Positions 42,119 through 53,958 of a stretch of 64,000 bases of DNA are shown piece by piece. A program made the position numbers and the translations under genes. Numbering within the stretch: the stretch's first letter is position 1; the number at the start of each line of letters is the position of its first letter. The notes under the pieces were generated by a model, which was not told where the DNA came from, made no database searches, and worked only from the letters and a program-made list of their open reading frames with translations. Source of the DNA: an uncultured Acidobacteriota bacterium (GTDB lineage Bacteria; Acidobacteriota; Thermoanaerobaculia; UBA5066; Gp7-AA6). The DNA is taken from NCBI GenBank assembly GCA_963708395.1, contig CAVPSG010000001.1, positions 271,434 to 335,433 on the forward strand, given 5' to 3'.

Positions 42119-42808
42119 GGGAACCGCCTCCGGCGCCTCCGCCAGAGACAGCAGACGCAGGCAGTCCTCCAGATAGGAACGCGAGCCCTGCGTCAGGCGG
42201 AAGAAGCGGCAGCCCAGCCCCGGGTCCGGCTCCGCTCCCACACGGACGACGATCGCCTCGGCGACCACGTTGCGGTCGGCGCGCTCACCCGGGATCTCGA
42301 ACGACACCTCGATGCGGGCGCCGATCGGAAGCGCGACGGGCGTCCGGACGAAGAAACCTCCGCGCGAGAGATCCCGGATGGCCCCCGCGTGCTCGGCGCC
42401 GTCACGCCAGAAGACGACGCGCCAGGGAACGGGCGAGCGCTCGTTGCTTCGCGGGAAGAGCTGCAGGAAGCGGCGCAGCGTGCCGAAGAACGCGGCTTCG
42501 TCGAAAGCGCGGGTCAGGACCCCGTCGGCGGCCGCGCGGCGCACTTCGGTTCCCTCTTCGTCGGTCGCGAGAACGACCGGAGTGCGCGCGAAGCGCGGGT
42601 CGGCCTTGAGCACGCGGCAGACGTCGAGCCCGCTCATTCCCGATAGCTCGCCGTCCAGGAAGACGAGGTCGGGCTTCTCCTCGCGCGCCACCGAAAGGGC
42701 GTCCGAGCCGTTCGAGGCCGTGAGGACACGGCAGGAGGTCCGGCGCCGGATCGCGTCGGCGACGGAGCGAAAGAGCCCGCTGTCGTCGACGAGGAGGACG
42801 GAATTCAC
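42116..42808 (-). CDS. Response-regulator receiver fused to a PilZ (c-di-GMP-binding) domain
   Basis: 230-aa ORF. REC (VLLVDDSG, LVFLDGEL) followed by PilZ motifs RSNER and DLSRGG. Confidence 0.8.
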   Translation of the reverse strand: MNSVLLVDDSGLFRSVADAIRRRTSCRVLTASNGSDALSVAREEKPDLVFLDGELSGMSGLDVCRVLKADPRFARTPVVLATDEEGTEVRRAAADGVLTRAFDEAAFFGTLRRFLQLFPRSNERSPVPWRVVFWRDGAEHAGAIRDLSRGGFFVRTPVALPIGARIEVSFEIPGERADRNVVAEAIVVRVGAEPDPGLGCRFFRLTQGSRSYLEDCLRLLSLAEAPEAVP

Positions 42809-42864
42809 CCGCCAATTATAGAACCGCCCTGCGGCGCAGTCCGGCCGGTATCATCCCGGGGACC

Positions 42865-43924
42865 ATGGATACGGTGACTCACGGCCTCGCGGGGAGCGTG
42901 CTCGCGCGATCGGCCGCGGATCGCCCGGGTGCGCGCGCCGCCCTCGCGATCGGATTGATCGCGGCGATGCTGCCGGATCTCGACATTCTCTACCTGCGGA
43001 CGCGCCTCGACTACCTGCGCTACCACCGCGGGTGGACGCATTCGTTCCTCGTTCTGCCGGTCTTCGCGCTCCTGGTCGCGCTCGTCGCGCGCCTCGTGTT
43101 TCGCCGCGCCCGGCTCGCGACGCTCTGGCTCTTCGCCGCGATCGGGATCGGCTCGCACATTCTCTTCGACTGGATCACGTCGTTCGGCACGATGTTCTTC
43201 TTTCCCGTCTCGCAGCATCGCTACTCGCTCGACTGGGTCTTCATCCTCGATCCGATCTTCACGGGCCTCGCGGCGATCTCGCTGATCGGGGCTCTCGTGT
43301 TTCGCGACCGCTCCCGCGTCATCGCCGCCGCGGGGAGCGCCGCGCTCGCGTTCTACGTCGCCTTCTGCGCGGTGCAGCACGCGCGCGCCCTCGAGGCCTG
43401 GCGGCGCGCGGATCAGCCACCACTCGGCTCCCGCGTGGCGGCGCTGCCGCAATTCCTGTCGCCTTTTCGGTGGCTCGGGCTCTGCGGATCGCGGCGACGC
43501 CGTGGATGTCGGCTTCTTCGACGTCGGCCCGTTCGCAAGAGGATCGGACGATCCGCGGCCGCCGCTCCGGTTCTCGGAGATCTTCGCGAGCCTGAAAGAC
43601 TTCTACCCGCCGATCGGGCGCGTCAAGATCCGACGCTTTCCCCAGCCGCTGCCTTCGCCGGCCCTCGCGGCGGCGCGGGCGCGGCGAAGACGTGCAGGCG
43701 TATCTTCGCTTCGCGCGCTTCCCGAGCGCCGTCGTGCGATCCGAGCCCGACGGCGGGACCGAGTCATCGTCTGGGAGGACCTGCGCTTCCTGCCCTGGTT
43801 CGCGGGGCCCTGGCAAGTGGACGCGAAGGGCGTGTTACGCCGCCGGCCCTTCCTCTTTCGCGTGCGTTTCGACGCCGCCGGCCGGACGCTCGAGAGCCAG
43901 GTCGTCAGCGATCCCCTCCGTTGA
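42865..43924 (+). pseudogene. YdjM/DUF457-like membrane-bound metal-dependent hydrolase, at least 3 frameshifts in the C-terminal half
   Basis: ORF 42865..43932 has an intact N-half (MDTVTHGLAG..HRGWTHS..GSHILFDW). The C-half is scattered over ORFs 43502..43924 and 43692..43955. Confidence 0.65.
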
Positions 43925-44909
43925 CGGAGTAGGAGGGGCTCCCGGCGCGACGTAGGAATACTCGGGCGAGGGCACGCGCGTCAGCGCCTCGGAGATCCCC
44001 GCGTAGTAGCCGACCTTGACGAGACATCGGACGAAGACGAAGACCTGCTGCGTCAGGATGAGCGGGACGAGCGCGAAGCGCGCCTCGCCGCCGGCGGGCG
44101 GATCGAGGACGATCCAGACGACGTAGAGGCCTGCGGTGAGCAGGACGTAACCGAGGAGCACGCCGAAGAGGCGTCGGGGCCTCGCGATGGCGCCGCCGAG
44201 TCCCATGAGGAACCGCGAGACGGGGGGCAGATCCGGCCGGGCGACCCATACCGTCCGGACGGAGTCGGCGAGCGAGCTTGATGGCCGCGAGCGCGACGAG
44301 AAGCGCCAGCAGGCGCAGTCCCGTGACGGCAAGCGCCGCGCCCTCCGTCGAGAGCTCCTGGACCCGCGGCTCGAGGGCGCGGCCGGACTCGACGTAGATC
44401 CAGCGGTACGCGGCCGCGGACCCCGCGAAGGCCGCGAGCGTGAAGGCGAGGAAAGCGGGAAGCCGCCGCATTCCCTCCCGCCCGAACGCCACGAGGGAGC
44501 TCGAGGGCTCCCGCAGCGCGCCGAGCACGCCGCCGAGCGCGAAGGCGTGGAGAAAGATCGCGAGGAGCGCGAGCGAGAACGCCGAGGCGCCGACGCCGCG
44601 GAGGCCGTCGAACTGATCGGGCTCGATCCCGCGCACCGAGAGCAGGCCCTCGGCCGCGTCGCCGAACGTTCCGAGGATGTCGGGGTGCGTGCGCCGGAAC
44701 GTCTCCCACCAGCCATAGTCCGGGACTCCGACCATGCGATCCGCGATCGTCGAATGGTCGAGGTTCGCGTGGAGGGAGTTCGAGATCGGCAGGATCAGCG
44801 CCGCGGCGAGGAGCAGCTGGATCAGCCAGAGCGAGAGCCCGAGATAAGGCTTCGAGAGGGAGGCGCGCAGCCCGCGGCCGAAGCAGACGAGGGCCGACGG
44901 GCCGCTCAC
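43835..44909 (-). CDS. Polytopic membrane protein coupled to the M1 peptidase (1 frameshift caused by a 4-bp tandem duplication)
   Basis: GTG 44909 overlaps the peptidase stop (GTGA). The frame of ORF 43905..45827 ([18 protein letters not shown]) continues in ORF 43835..44716 (DSVRTVWVARPD..) once one GAGC copy at 44270-44277 is removed. Confidence 0.55.
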
Positions 44910-46887
44910 CAGGCCACCGTCGCGAAGTCGAAGAGATTCTGCGAGCCAGAACACGGCCCGGGCCGTCCAGCGCGAGGCGGCGCGCGGATCGGGCTCGGGA
45001 CGCCGTCCATTGTTCGTGCGGTCGGCGTCGAGAAGGATCTTCTCGTCCGGATCGACGACCGCGTCGAACAGGCGCGGTCCCGACGCCACGCGGAAGCTCT
45101 TCCAGCGCGCCTCGCCGTCCCAGTGCGAGCGATAGGTGTGGCCGCCCTCGAAACGCAGGAGCACATCCACCGGCAGCGCGACGTCGCCTTCCCGCCGGAC
45201 GACGACATTCGTGTCGTAGCCGCGGGGGTGCGGCAGGCCCGCCGGCTCCGCGGGGACGAGCTTTCCGTCTTTGTCGAAGAGGCCGCGAGGCCGGCGCGCG
45301 GGCTCCGACGTGGCCTGGGCGACGGCGTAGTCCACGGTCCCGGAGGAGAAGAACGTCCGGTCGAAGAGCCAGCGCGTATCGCGGCCGGTCACCTCGGAGA
45401 GGCACGCGATGAAGTCCGAGGTCTTCGGGTGACGGAAACGCCAGCGCTCGGAGTAGAGCCGCAACGCTTGGTCCATCGCGGGCGTTCCGACGAGCCGCTC
45501 GATCGTCGCGAGCGCGAGCGCCGTCTTCGAGTACACGAGCGCGCCGTACTCGTCGCGGTCGATGTACTTCCAGCTCGGGAGGCCGAGCGGGTCGTCCATG
45601 GCGTGGGCGAAGTAGCGCCGGTTGTCGTCGAGCGGAAGGCGCACGTCGATGCCGAGCGGGAAGCGCACGCCGAACACTTCGAGATACGACCGGGCGTCGC
45701 CGTACTCGTGCTTCAGAACGCGTGCCGTCATGTACGAGTTGAATCCCTCGTCGAGCCAGGGCTCCTCGAACTCGTTGGAGGCGAGAAGGCCGTAGAAATA
45801 CTGGTGCCCGAACTCGTGGACCGTCACGCCCTCCGGGCGACTGGAGCGAGGCCGGCGCGATGAGATGCGTGCCCGCCGTGATGAAGGTCGGGTATTCCAT
45901 GCCGCCCGCGCCGATGGCGCCCCACGGCGGATCCACGATCGTCAGCGTCGCGTACGGGTAGGGGCCGAGGACGCGGCCGTATCCCGAGAGGCCGGCCTTC
46001 GCGGCGCGGAAGTGGCGGTATGCCTGCGCCAGGTGCTCGGGCTGGAGGCAGAGCTTGATCTCGACGTCGCCGATGCCGGGCTCGCGGAAGATGTCCCGGA
46101 GGACCCGGAAATCCGGGTCGGCGGTCCAGGCGAAGTCATGCACGCTCTCCTGTCGGAAGCGCGTGACGACGCGGCCCTCCGACGTCTCCCGCTCGGAGAC
46201 GACGGCGCCGGTCGCCCCGATCTTGCCCTTGTAGCGGACGGGCGCGTCGATCGTGACGTCGTAGTCGCCGAAGTCGGCGAAGAACTCGCTGTTCGAATGG
46301 AACTGGTGGCAGTTCCAGCCGGCGTCTTCGAGGACGCCGATCTTCGGGAACCACTGTGCGACGAGGAAGAAGTCGCCCTTGTATCCCGTGCGCGTCGAGA
46401 CGCGCGGCAGATGGGACACGAAGTCGAGCGCGACGGCGACGGTGTCGCCGGGAAGCGCCGGCCGCGGCAGCGGGATCTCGGCGACCGTGCGGTCGTCGAG
46501 GTTGCCGTCGTCGGGCGCGATGAACCGCATCGCGGGGAGCAGGTCCGTTCCGTCCGAGGAGAGCGCGAGTCGCGTGATCTCGACCGAGCCCCAGGATTCC
46601 GGGATGGTGCGGCGGCCGCGCCGCCCGCCGTGCTCGCGCCAGAACGTCGAGAGCGTGTTGCGGAAGGCATTGAGGTAAAGGTGGAGCCGCAGCGTCGAAG
46701 TCGGGTGGCTCGTCGTGTTGGTCCAGGTCAGGATCTCGGTGCCGGAGACCGTCTTCTGCTCGGCGTCCAGACGGCAGGAGATCTCGTACGATGCGATCGG
46801 GCGAGTCAGAGGCGCGGCTGCGAGACCCGACGCTGCGGAGAGCGCCGCCCAGGCGAGGAGCGCCGGCCGCTTCTTTGCCCGGGGCAT
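44906..46887 (-). CDS. M1-family zinc metallopeptidase with signal peptide (2 frameshifts, near 45833 and 44945)
   Basis: N-part in ORF 44053..47163 ([25 protein letters not shown]..). Catalytic part in ORF 43905..45827 ([20 protein letters not shown]). The corrected C-terminus ..[15 protein letters not shown] stops at 44906. Confidence 0.75.
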
Positions 46888-46902
46888 TCGCGAGACTGTA
46901 GC

Positions 46903-48929
<2,027 letters not shown>

Positions 48930-48981
48930 CAGGTCGCGTGGACCTGCGAGAGCCGGCCTCCGGGCCGGCAGGGAGGATGGC

Positions 48982-49197
48982 TTGGACCTGCCCGCGCGCG
49001 TGATCGTCTTCTGCCCGACCCTCGAGCTCAAGAACAAGCCGGGCCGCCTGATGGCCGTCTCCCCGCACGGGTACTACGAGGTCTGGCTCGATTTCGCCGA
49101 CCGGAATCACGCCGTCCTGCTGCCGATCGCGGGAACGGCGTTGATCTCCCAGGAGCCGAATTCGACGGTGGGAGAGATACCGGACCTCGAGCGCTGA
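48982..49197 (+). CDS. Hypothetical small protein (71 aa)
   Basis: TTG start 5 nt after GGGAGGA. High GC3. No recognised motif. Confidence 0.4.
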   Translation: MDLPARVIVFCPTLELKNKPGRLMAVSPHGYYEVWLDFADRNHAVLLPIAGTALISQEPNSTVGEIPDLER

Positions 49198-49258
49198 CCA
49201 AGGACTAAGGACCAGGGACTAGGGACAAATCGAGTCCCTAGTCCTTAGTCCCTAGTCG
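49195..49258. repeat. 7-bp-periodic inverted array: 5x [T/G]GACnnn, then 4x GTC[C/G]nnn, forming a hairpin
   Basis: TGAC at 49195 and GGAC at 49202, 49209, 49216, 49223. GTCC at 49234, 49241, 49248 and GTCG at 49255. The inner 11 bp GGACTAGGGAC/GTCCCTAGTCC pair perfectly around the loop AAATCGA. Confidence 0.8.
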
Positions 49259-49947
49259 GGAAACAGCTCCAGCAGCTCCGGCAGTCGCTCGACACGCTCC
49301 ACTCCCTCCGGCGCGGCGCCCGTACCGATGAGGACGGCCCTCAGGCCCGCTCCGCGCGCCCCGAGGACGTCGATCTCGTAGATGTCGCCGACGTACGCGC
49401 ATGCGGACGGCGGCAGGTCGAGGCGCGCGGTCGCAGCCTGGAAGATGCGCGGGTCGGGCTTTTCGAAGCCGACCTCCGAGGAGTCGACGACGATCTCGAG
49501 AAACGGCGAGAGTCCGGCGCGCTCCAGGAGCCCGCGCACGCGTCCGTCGGCGTTCGAAACGACGCCCATCCGATAGCCCCGGCGAGCGAGCGCCTCCAGC
49601 GTGGCGGCCGCGTCCGCATAGGCCCGCGACCAGAGGTTCGACCGCCGGTGCTCGGCCGCGATGCGGGCCGAGGCCGCGCGGCGTCCCTCCGGGGGGATTC
49701 CCAGATCCTCGAGGATCGCCTCGAGGAAGAGCGGCAGTCTCTCGGCGTCCGTCGAGCGGGGGCGTTCGAGGACGAGACGCTGCACCGCGGCGACGCCCGC
49801 CGCCTCCGCGCGGTCGAAAGCGCGCTCGTCCCACGGCAGGCCGGCGGCGACGGAGAAGCGCTCGCCGTCCACGTGGATGAGAGTGCCTCCGGCGTCGAAG
49901 AGGAGGGCGCGAACGCCGCTCCCGGACGGCGGCGGCCCGCTGCTCAG
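49252..49947 (-). CDS. HAD-superfamily hydrolase (subfamily IA-like)
   Basis: C-terminal part of ORF 49252..50478. LLFDAGGTLIH (DxG/DxD-type motif I), VVSNADG, FEKPDPRIF, YVGDIYEIDVLGA. There is no ATG/GTG start. CTG 49947 overlaps the glmM stop (CTGA). Confidence 0.7.
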   Translation of the reverse strand: MSSGPPPSGSGVRALLFDAGGTLIHVDGERFSVAAGLPWDERAFDRAEAAGVAAVQRLVLERPRSTDAERLPLFLEAILEDLGIPPEGRRAASARIAAEHRRSNLWSRAYADAAATLEALARRGYRMGVVSNADGRVRGLLERAGLSPFLEIVVDSSEVGFEKPDPRIFQAATARLDLPPSACAYVGDIYEIDVLGARGAGLRAVLIGTGAAPEGVERVERLPELLELFPD

Positions 49948-51281
49948 TGGGGCAGCTCCCGGCGGGCGACGGACTCGAGCTCTTCGGCGACCGCGAGCAC
50001 TTCCTTCTCGTCCCGTCCCTCGACGAGGATGCGCAGGAGCGCCTCCGTCCCGGAGTACCGCAGGAAAACGCGGCCGCGGCCGGCGAGCGACTCCTCCGCG
50101 CGCCGGACCGCCTGGACGAGCGCGGGCACGTCCTCGAGCGGGATGCGCCGCGCGGCCTTCACGTTGCGGAGCGATTGCGGAACCTTCTCGAGAGTGGCCA
50201 GATGGCCGAGCGTTCCGCCGCTCTCCGAGAGGATGCGGGCGAGCGTGAGGCACGTCAGGATTCCGTCGCCCGCCGGGGAGAGGGAGAGCAGGATGTGCCC
50301 CGACGTCTCGCCGCCGATCGTCGCGCTCTTCTCCTCCATCATCCGCGCCACGTTGCGGTCGCCCACCGCCGCGCGGTGAAACGCGATGCCCTCGCGCGCG
50401 AGAGCCTCCTCGAGCCCGAAGTTCGACATCACGGTGCCGACGACGCCGCCCGGCGCGAGCCGGCCCTGCCGTTTCCACTCACGGGCCACGATCCAGAGGA
50501 CGTCGTCGCCGTCGAGGGTTCGGCCGGACTCGTCCGCGAAGATCGAGCGGTCGGCGTCGCCGTCGAGTGCCACGCCCATCGCCGCGCCGCTCTCCTTCGT
50601 CCGCCGCGCCATTCCTTCCGGATGGAGCGCGCCGCATCCCCGATTGATGTTGCGGCCGTCCGGCGCCACGGACATCGACTCGACCCGCGCGCCGGCGCGG
50701 GTGAGCGCGGCGGGGCCGAGCTCCCAGGCCGCGCCGTTTCCCGCGTCCACGACGATGGCGAGACCCGACAGGTGCGCCGGCATGAGGGCGGCGAGCCGGT
50801 CGAGGTAGGCGCGGGCGAGCGAGGGGTCGCGCGGCGGCGCATGGCCATTCGAGGAGTCCGGGGCATCCGCCAGGCTGTCGCGCGCCGCGAGAAGGATCTG
50901 CTCGAGCGATTGCTCGTCCTCGTCCGGCCACTTGCGGCCGTCCGGACCGAAGATCTTGACGCCGTTGTCCTCGTACGGATTGTGCGAGGCGGAGACGGAG
51001 ACGCCCGCGCCGGCGCGGCATTCGAGCACCAGCTCGGCGATTCCCGGCGTCGTCATCACGCCGGCCGCGGCGACGGCGCAGCCGCTCTCCGCGAGGCCCG
51101 CTGCGAGCCGGCCGATCATGCGCTGGGTGGACTCGCGCGTGTCGCCGCCGAGCACCACGGGCGGCCGGCCTTCCCGCACGACGCGGCGGCCGAGCTCGCG
51201 TCCGATGCGCACGAGCGACGCGTCGTCGAGCGGGAAATCGCCCGCACGGCCGCGCAGCCCGTCCGTGCCGAAAAGCCTCAT
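49944..51281 (-). CDS. glmM: Phosphoglucosamine mutase
   Basis: Frame of ORF 49944..52205. ATG 51281 (MRLFGTDGLRG). Active site SASHNPYEDNGVKIF. DGDADR. Confidence 0.93.
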   Translation of the reverse strand: MRLFGTDGLRGRAGDFPLDDASLVRIGRELGRRVVREGRPPVVLGGDTRESTQRMIGRLAAGLAESGCAVAAAGVMTTPGIAELVLECRAGAGVSVSASHNPYEDNGVKIFGPDGRKWPDEDEQSLEQILLAARDSLADAPDSSNGHAPPRDPSLARAYLDRLAALMPAHLSGLAIVVDAGNGAAWELGPAALTRAGARVESMSVAPDGRNINRGCGALHPEGMARRTKESGAAMGVALDGDADRSIFADESGRTLDGDDVLWIVAREWKRQGRLAPGGVVGTVMSNFGLEEALAREGIAFHRAAVGDRNVARMMEEKSATIGGETSGHILLSLSPAGDGILTCLTLARILSESGGTLGHLATLEKVPQSLRNVKAARRIPLEDVPALVQAVRRAEESLAGRGRVFLRYSGTEALLRILVEGRDEKEVLAVAEELESVARRELPH

Positions 51282-51976
51282 CACCCGACCTTCCCAGGAG
51301 TCGGTGCTTCGGCCGGCGCGACGGGCTCGAGCCGCACCGTCACGGCGACTCCCGGCGCCTGGCGGAGGCGCAGGCCGGGATCCGACACCGCGATCGCCGC
51401 GGGAATCGTGAACGTGGCGGTGCGGCCCGCGACCGAAATGGGAACGGTCGCGACTTCCGTCATTCGCGCGAGGACCGTCGCGGGGCCGGCGAGGCGCACG
51501 GTCGGAGGCTCGGACCGGACGCCGGCGACGCGAAGGCCCGGCGCGGGCTCGCCAACCACGGCGGGGACCACCGGGAGCGTCTTCTCCTCGAGCGTGTCCA
51601 ACCGGAACGGAATTTCCTGCGGCGAGATCGAGATCACCTCGACCTCGGGGGGGACGTTCACGTCGTCCGCCGTCAGGCGGTAGACACGGTCGCCCGGCGC
51701 GGCTTCCTTCAGGTCCAGCACCGCCTCGAGCCGGTCCGGCTCGAGCTGCCGGAACGCGGTGAACGGCGCGCGCAGGCGGACGTCCACGGAGGGCGGCATG
51801 GGCGACGCGACGAGCGAGTGTGCCGGAATGTTCACGATCGAGAGAGGAACATGGTACGTCCGTTCCGACGTGCGCTCGCGCCGCTCTCCGGAGAGCGAGA
51901 ACCAGAGCGCGAGTGCGATGGCGAGCGCCAGAAGCTTCGAGCCGGCGTTCCGGGTGAGAAGTCGCGGCAGTGCCAT
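51281..51976 (-). CDS. cdaR: YbbR-domain protein (CdaA regulator CdaR-like)
   Basis: 231-aa ORF. N-terminal TM segment (KLLALAIALALWF), then repeated beta-rich YbbR-like modules. Its stop overlaps the glmM ATG. Confidence 0.7.
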   Translation of the reverse strand: MALPRLLTRNAGSKLLALAIALALWFSLSGERRERTSERTYHVPLSIVNIPAHSLVASPMPPSVDVRLRAPFTAFRQLEPDRLEAVLDLKEAAPGDRVYRLTADDVNVPPEVEVISISPQEIPFRLDTLEEKTLPVVPAVVGEPAPGLRVAGVRSEPPTVRLAGPATVLARMTEVATVPISVAGRTATFTIPAAIAVSDPGLRLRQAPGVAVTVRLEPVAPAEAPTPGKVG

Positions 51977-51985
51977 GACACGGAC

Positions 51986-52765
51986 CTACCGTCCGGTCGC
52001 GAACTCGCGCAGGAGCGAGTCGCGAAGGGACTTGGCGTCGAGCTCGTCGAGCAGCTCGCCCTGCCGCGCGAGCGAGACCGTGCCGCGTTCCTCGGAGACC
52101 ACGATCGCCAGGGCGTCGGTCTCCTCGGTGATCCCGATCGCGGCGCGGTGGCGCGTGCCGTAACGCTTGGAGAGCCCTTCCCTGAGCGTCAGGGGCAGGA
52201 AGCACGAGGCCGCGGCGATGCGCTCGCCGGAGACGATGACGGCGCCGTCGTGGAGCGGCGTGCCGGGCGCGAAGAGCGTCACGAGAAGATCATACGAGAC
52301 GGCGGAATCGAGACGGACGCCGTTTTCGATGTAGGTCTTCAGCCCCTCCTGCCGCTCGAGCACGATGAGCGCGCCGACGCGCCGGGTCGAGAGCGACGTC
52401 GTCGCGAGCACGATCTCGGAGATCAGCTCCTCGGCATGGTACGAGGAGAACCAGAGCGGCGTCCTCCCGAACGCCGCGAGCGCGCGGCGCAGCTCGGCGG
52501 CAAAGAGCACGATGATGCCGAACGGCAGATAGAAGATGAGACTCTTCAGGACCTCGCGCAGCGTTCCGAGACGCAGCGCGACGGCCACGCGGTAAACGAG
52601 AAAGACGATCACGAGCCCCGCGACCATCTGTACCGCACGCGTGCCGCGAATGAGGCGCAGGAGAGCGTAGGCGATCAACGCCACCGCGAGGATGTCGACG
52701 GCGTCGCGCCAGGTGAACGAGAGGCGGGAGAGGGCTCCGATGGGGCCGGAGAGCCGCTCGATCAC
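51986..52765 (-). CDS. cdaA: Diadenylate cyclase CdaA (DisA_N/DAC domain)
   Basis: Frame of ORF 51986..53668. GTG 52765 overlaps the folP stop (GTGA). 3 TM segments, then GALIVLERQ, LHDGAVIV and GTRHRAAIGI. Confidence 0.9.
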   Translation of the reverse strand: MIERLSGPIGALSRLSFTWRDAVDILAVALIAYALLRLIRGTRAVQMVAGLVIVFLVYRVAVALRLGTLREVLKSLIFYLPFGIIVLFAAELRRALAAFGRTPLWFSSYHAEELISEIVLATTSLSTRRVGALIVLERQEGLKTYIENGVRLDSAVSYDLLVTLFAPGTPLHDGAVIVSGERIAAASCFLPLTLREGLSKRYGTRHRAAIGITEETDALAIVVSEERGTVSLARQGELLDELDAKSLRDSLLREFATGR

Positions 52766-53925
52766 CGGACTCCCTCCCGCACGCGCATGCTTGCCTCGAC
52801 GGGCGCCGGCCGCGACAGAGCGAGCGACATCCGGAGGAATCGCACGGTGTCCGCGACGTCGTGCACGCGCACGAGCGCCGCTCCCGCGGCGGCGGCCGCG
52901 GCGACCGCGGCGAGCGATCCCGGGAGCCGTTCGGCGGCCGGGGAGTCCTCGGCGATCCCGGAAAACCGGCGGACGAAAGCCTTGCGCGACGCGCCGACCG
53001 CGATCGGAAACCCGAGCGTCCGGAACGCGGAAAGGTGCCGCAGGAGGGCCAGGTTCCCCTCGGGGCTCTTGCCGAAGCCGAGGCCCGGATCCACGGCGAT
53101 CTTCTCGGGCGCCGTGCCCGCCGAACGGGCGGCCGCGGCCGCGGCGGCGAGCGCCTCGGCGATGTCGGCAATCGGGTGCCCGTAGGTCGTGTCGTCCTGC
53201 ATGCGTCGGGGATCGTCGCCGCGCATGTGCATGAGGACGAGCCCCGCCCCGGCGGCCGCGACGACGCCCGCCATCTCGGGATCGTGGCGCAGGGCGGAGA
53301 CGTCGTTGACGGCGTCCGCGCCTTCCGCGAGCGCGGCGCGAGCGACCGCGGCCTTGCGGGTATCGACCGACAGGGGAGCCGGGCTGGTGCGCCGGATGCC
53401 GCGGACGACCGGGACGACACGGGAGAGCTCTTCGTCGAGGGAGACCTCCGAAGCCGAGCCGTAGGCGCCGGTGGCGGGTCGAGTGGATTCGCCGCCCACG
53501 TCCACCACGTGGGCGCCTTCGTCGAAGAAGCGCAGCGCCCGCTCGATCGCGCGGTCGCGATCGAAGGCGAGGCCGCCGTCGGAGAACGAGTCCGGCGTCA
53601 CGTTCACGACGCCCATGACGAGGGGCGCTTGGCCGAGCTCGAGGGCCCGTCCCCCGGCCAGGCCCCATCGCGCCGGCGCGCGTTCCGCCCGCTCGAACGC
53701 CGCCCGCGCCCGATCCCGAAGGGTCGCGGGGAGGGCTTTCAGCGTCTCGGCGCGGCGGGCGCGGGAGACGACGACCGGAGGAGACGCCGATCCGGAAAAG
53801 CGGACGACGTCCACGGGAAAGTCCGAGGACGCGAAAGACGGTAGCCGGAGCGCGTCCCAGCCGCCGATCTCCGTCAGAGTCTCGCGGTCCTTCGCCGGGA
53901 AGACCAGATCCGATTCGGCCGCCAC
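52762..53925 (-). CDS. folP: Dihydropteroate synthase with an N-terminal extension of about 95 aa
   Basis: 387-aa ORF. MGVVNVTPDSFSDGG, VDVGGESTRP, DPGLGFGK. Confidence 0.9.
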   Translation of the reverse strand: MAAESDLVFPAKDRETLTEIGGWDALRLPSFASSDFPVDVVRFSGSASPPVVVSRARRAETLKALPATLRDRARAAFERAERAPARWGLAGGRALELGQAPLVMGVVNVTPDSFSDGGLAFDRDRAIERALRFFDEGAHVVDVGGESTRPATGAYGSASEVSLDEELSRVVPVVRGIRRTSPAPLSVDTRKAAVARAALAEGADAVNDVSALRHDPEMAGVVAAAGAGLVLMHMRGDDPRRMQDDTTYGHPIADIAEALAAAAAAARSAGTAPEKIAVDPGLGFGKSPEGNLALLRHLSAFRTLGFPIAVGASRKAFVRRFSGIAEDSPAAERLPGSLAAVAAAAAAGAALVRVHDVADTVRFLRMSLALSRPAPVEASMRVREGVR

Positions 53926-53958
53926 GCCGGCAGTCTAGCGGAAGGCCTCGGGGTCAGC

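Noticed and set aside
49252-50478. Full 408-aa ORF as the HAD hydrolase gene.
   Set aside because: Its first ~175 codons overlap glmM in another frame and are Arg/Gly/Pro-rich. Only the part from the glmM stop onward (49947 downward) looks like a HAD protein.
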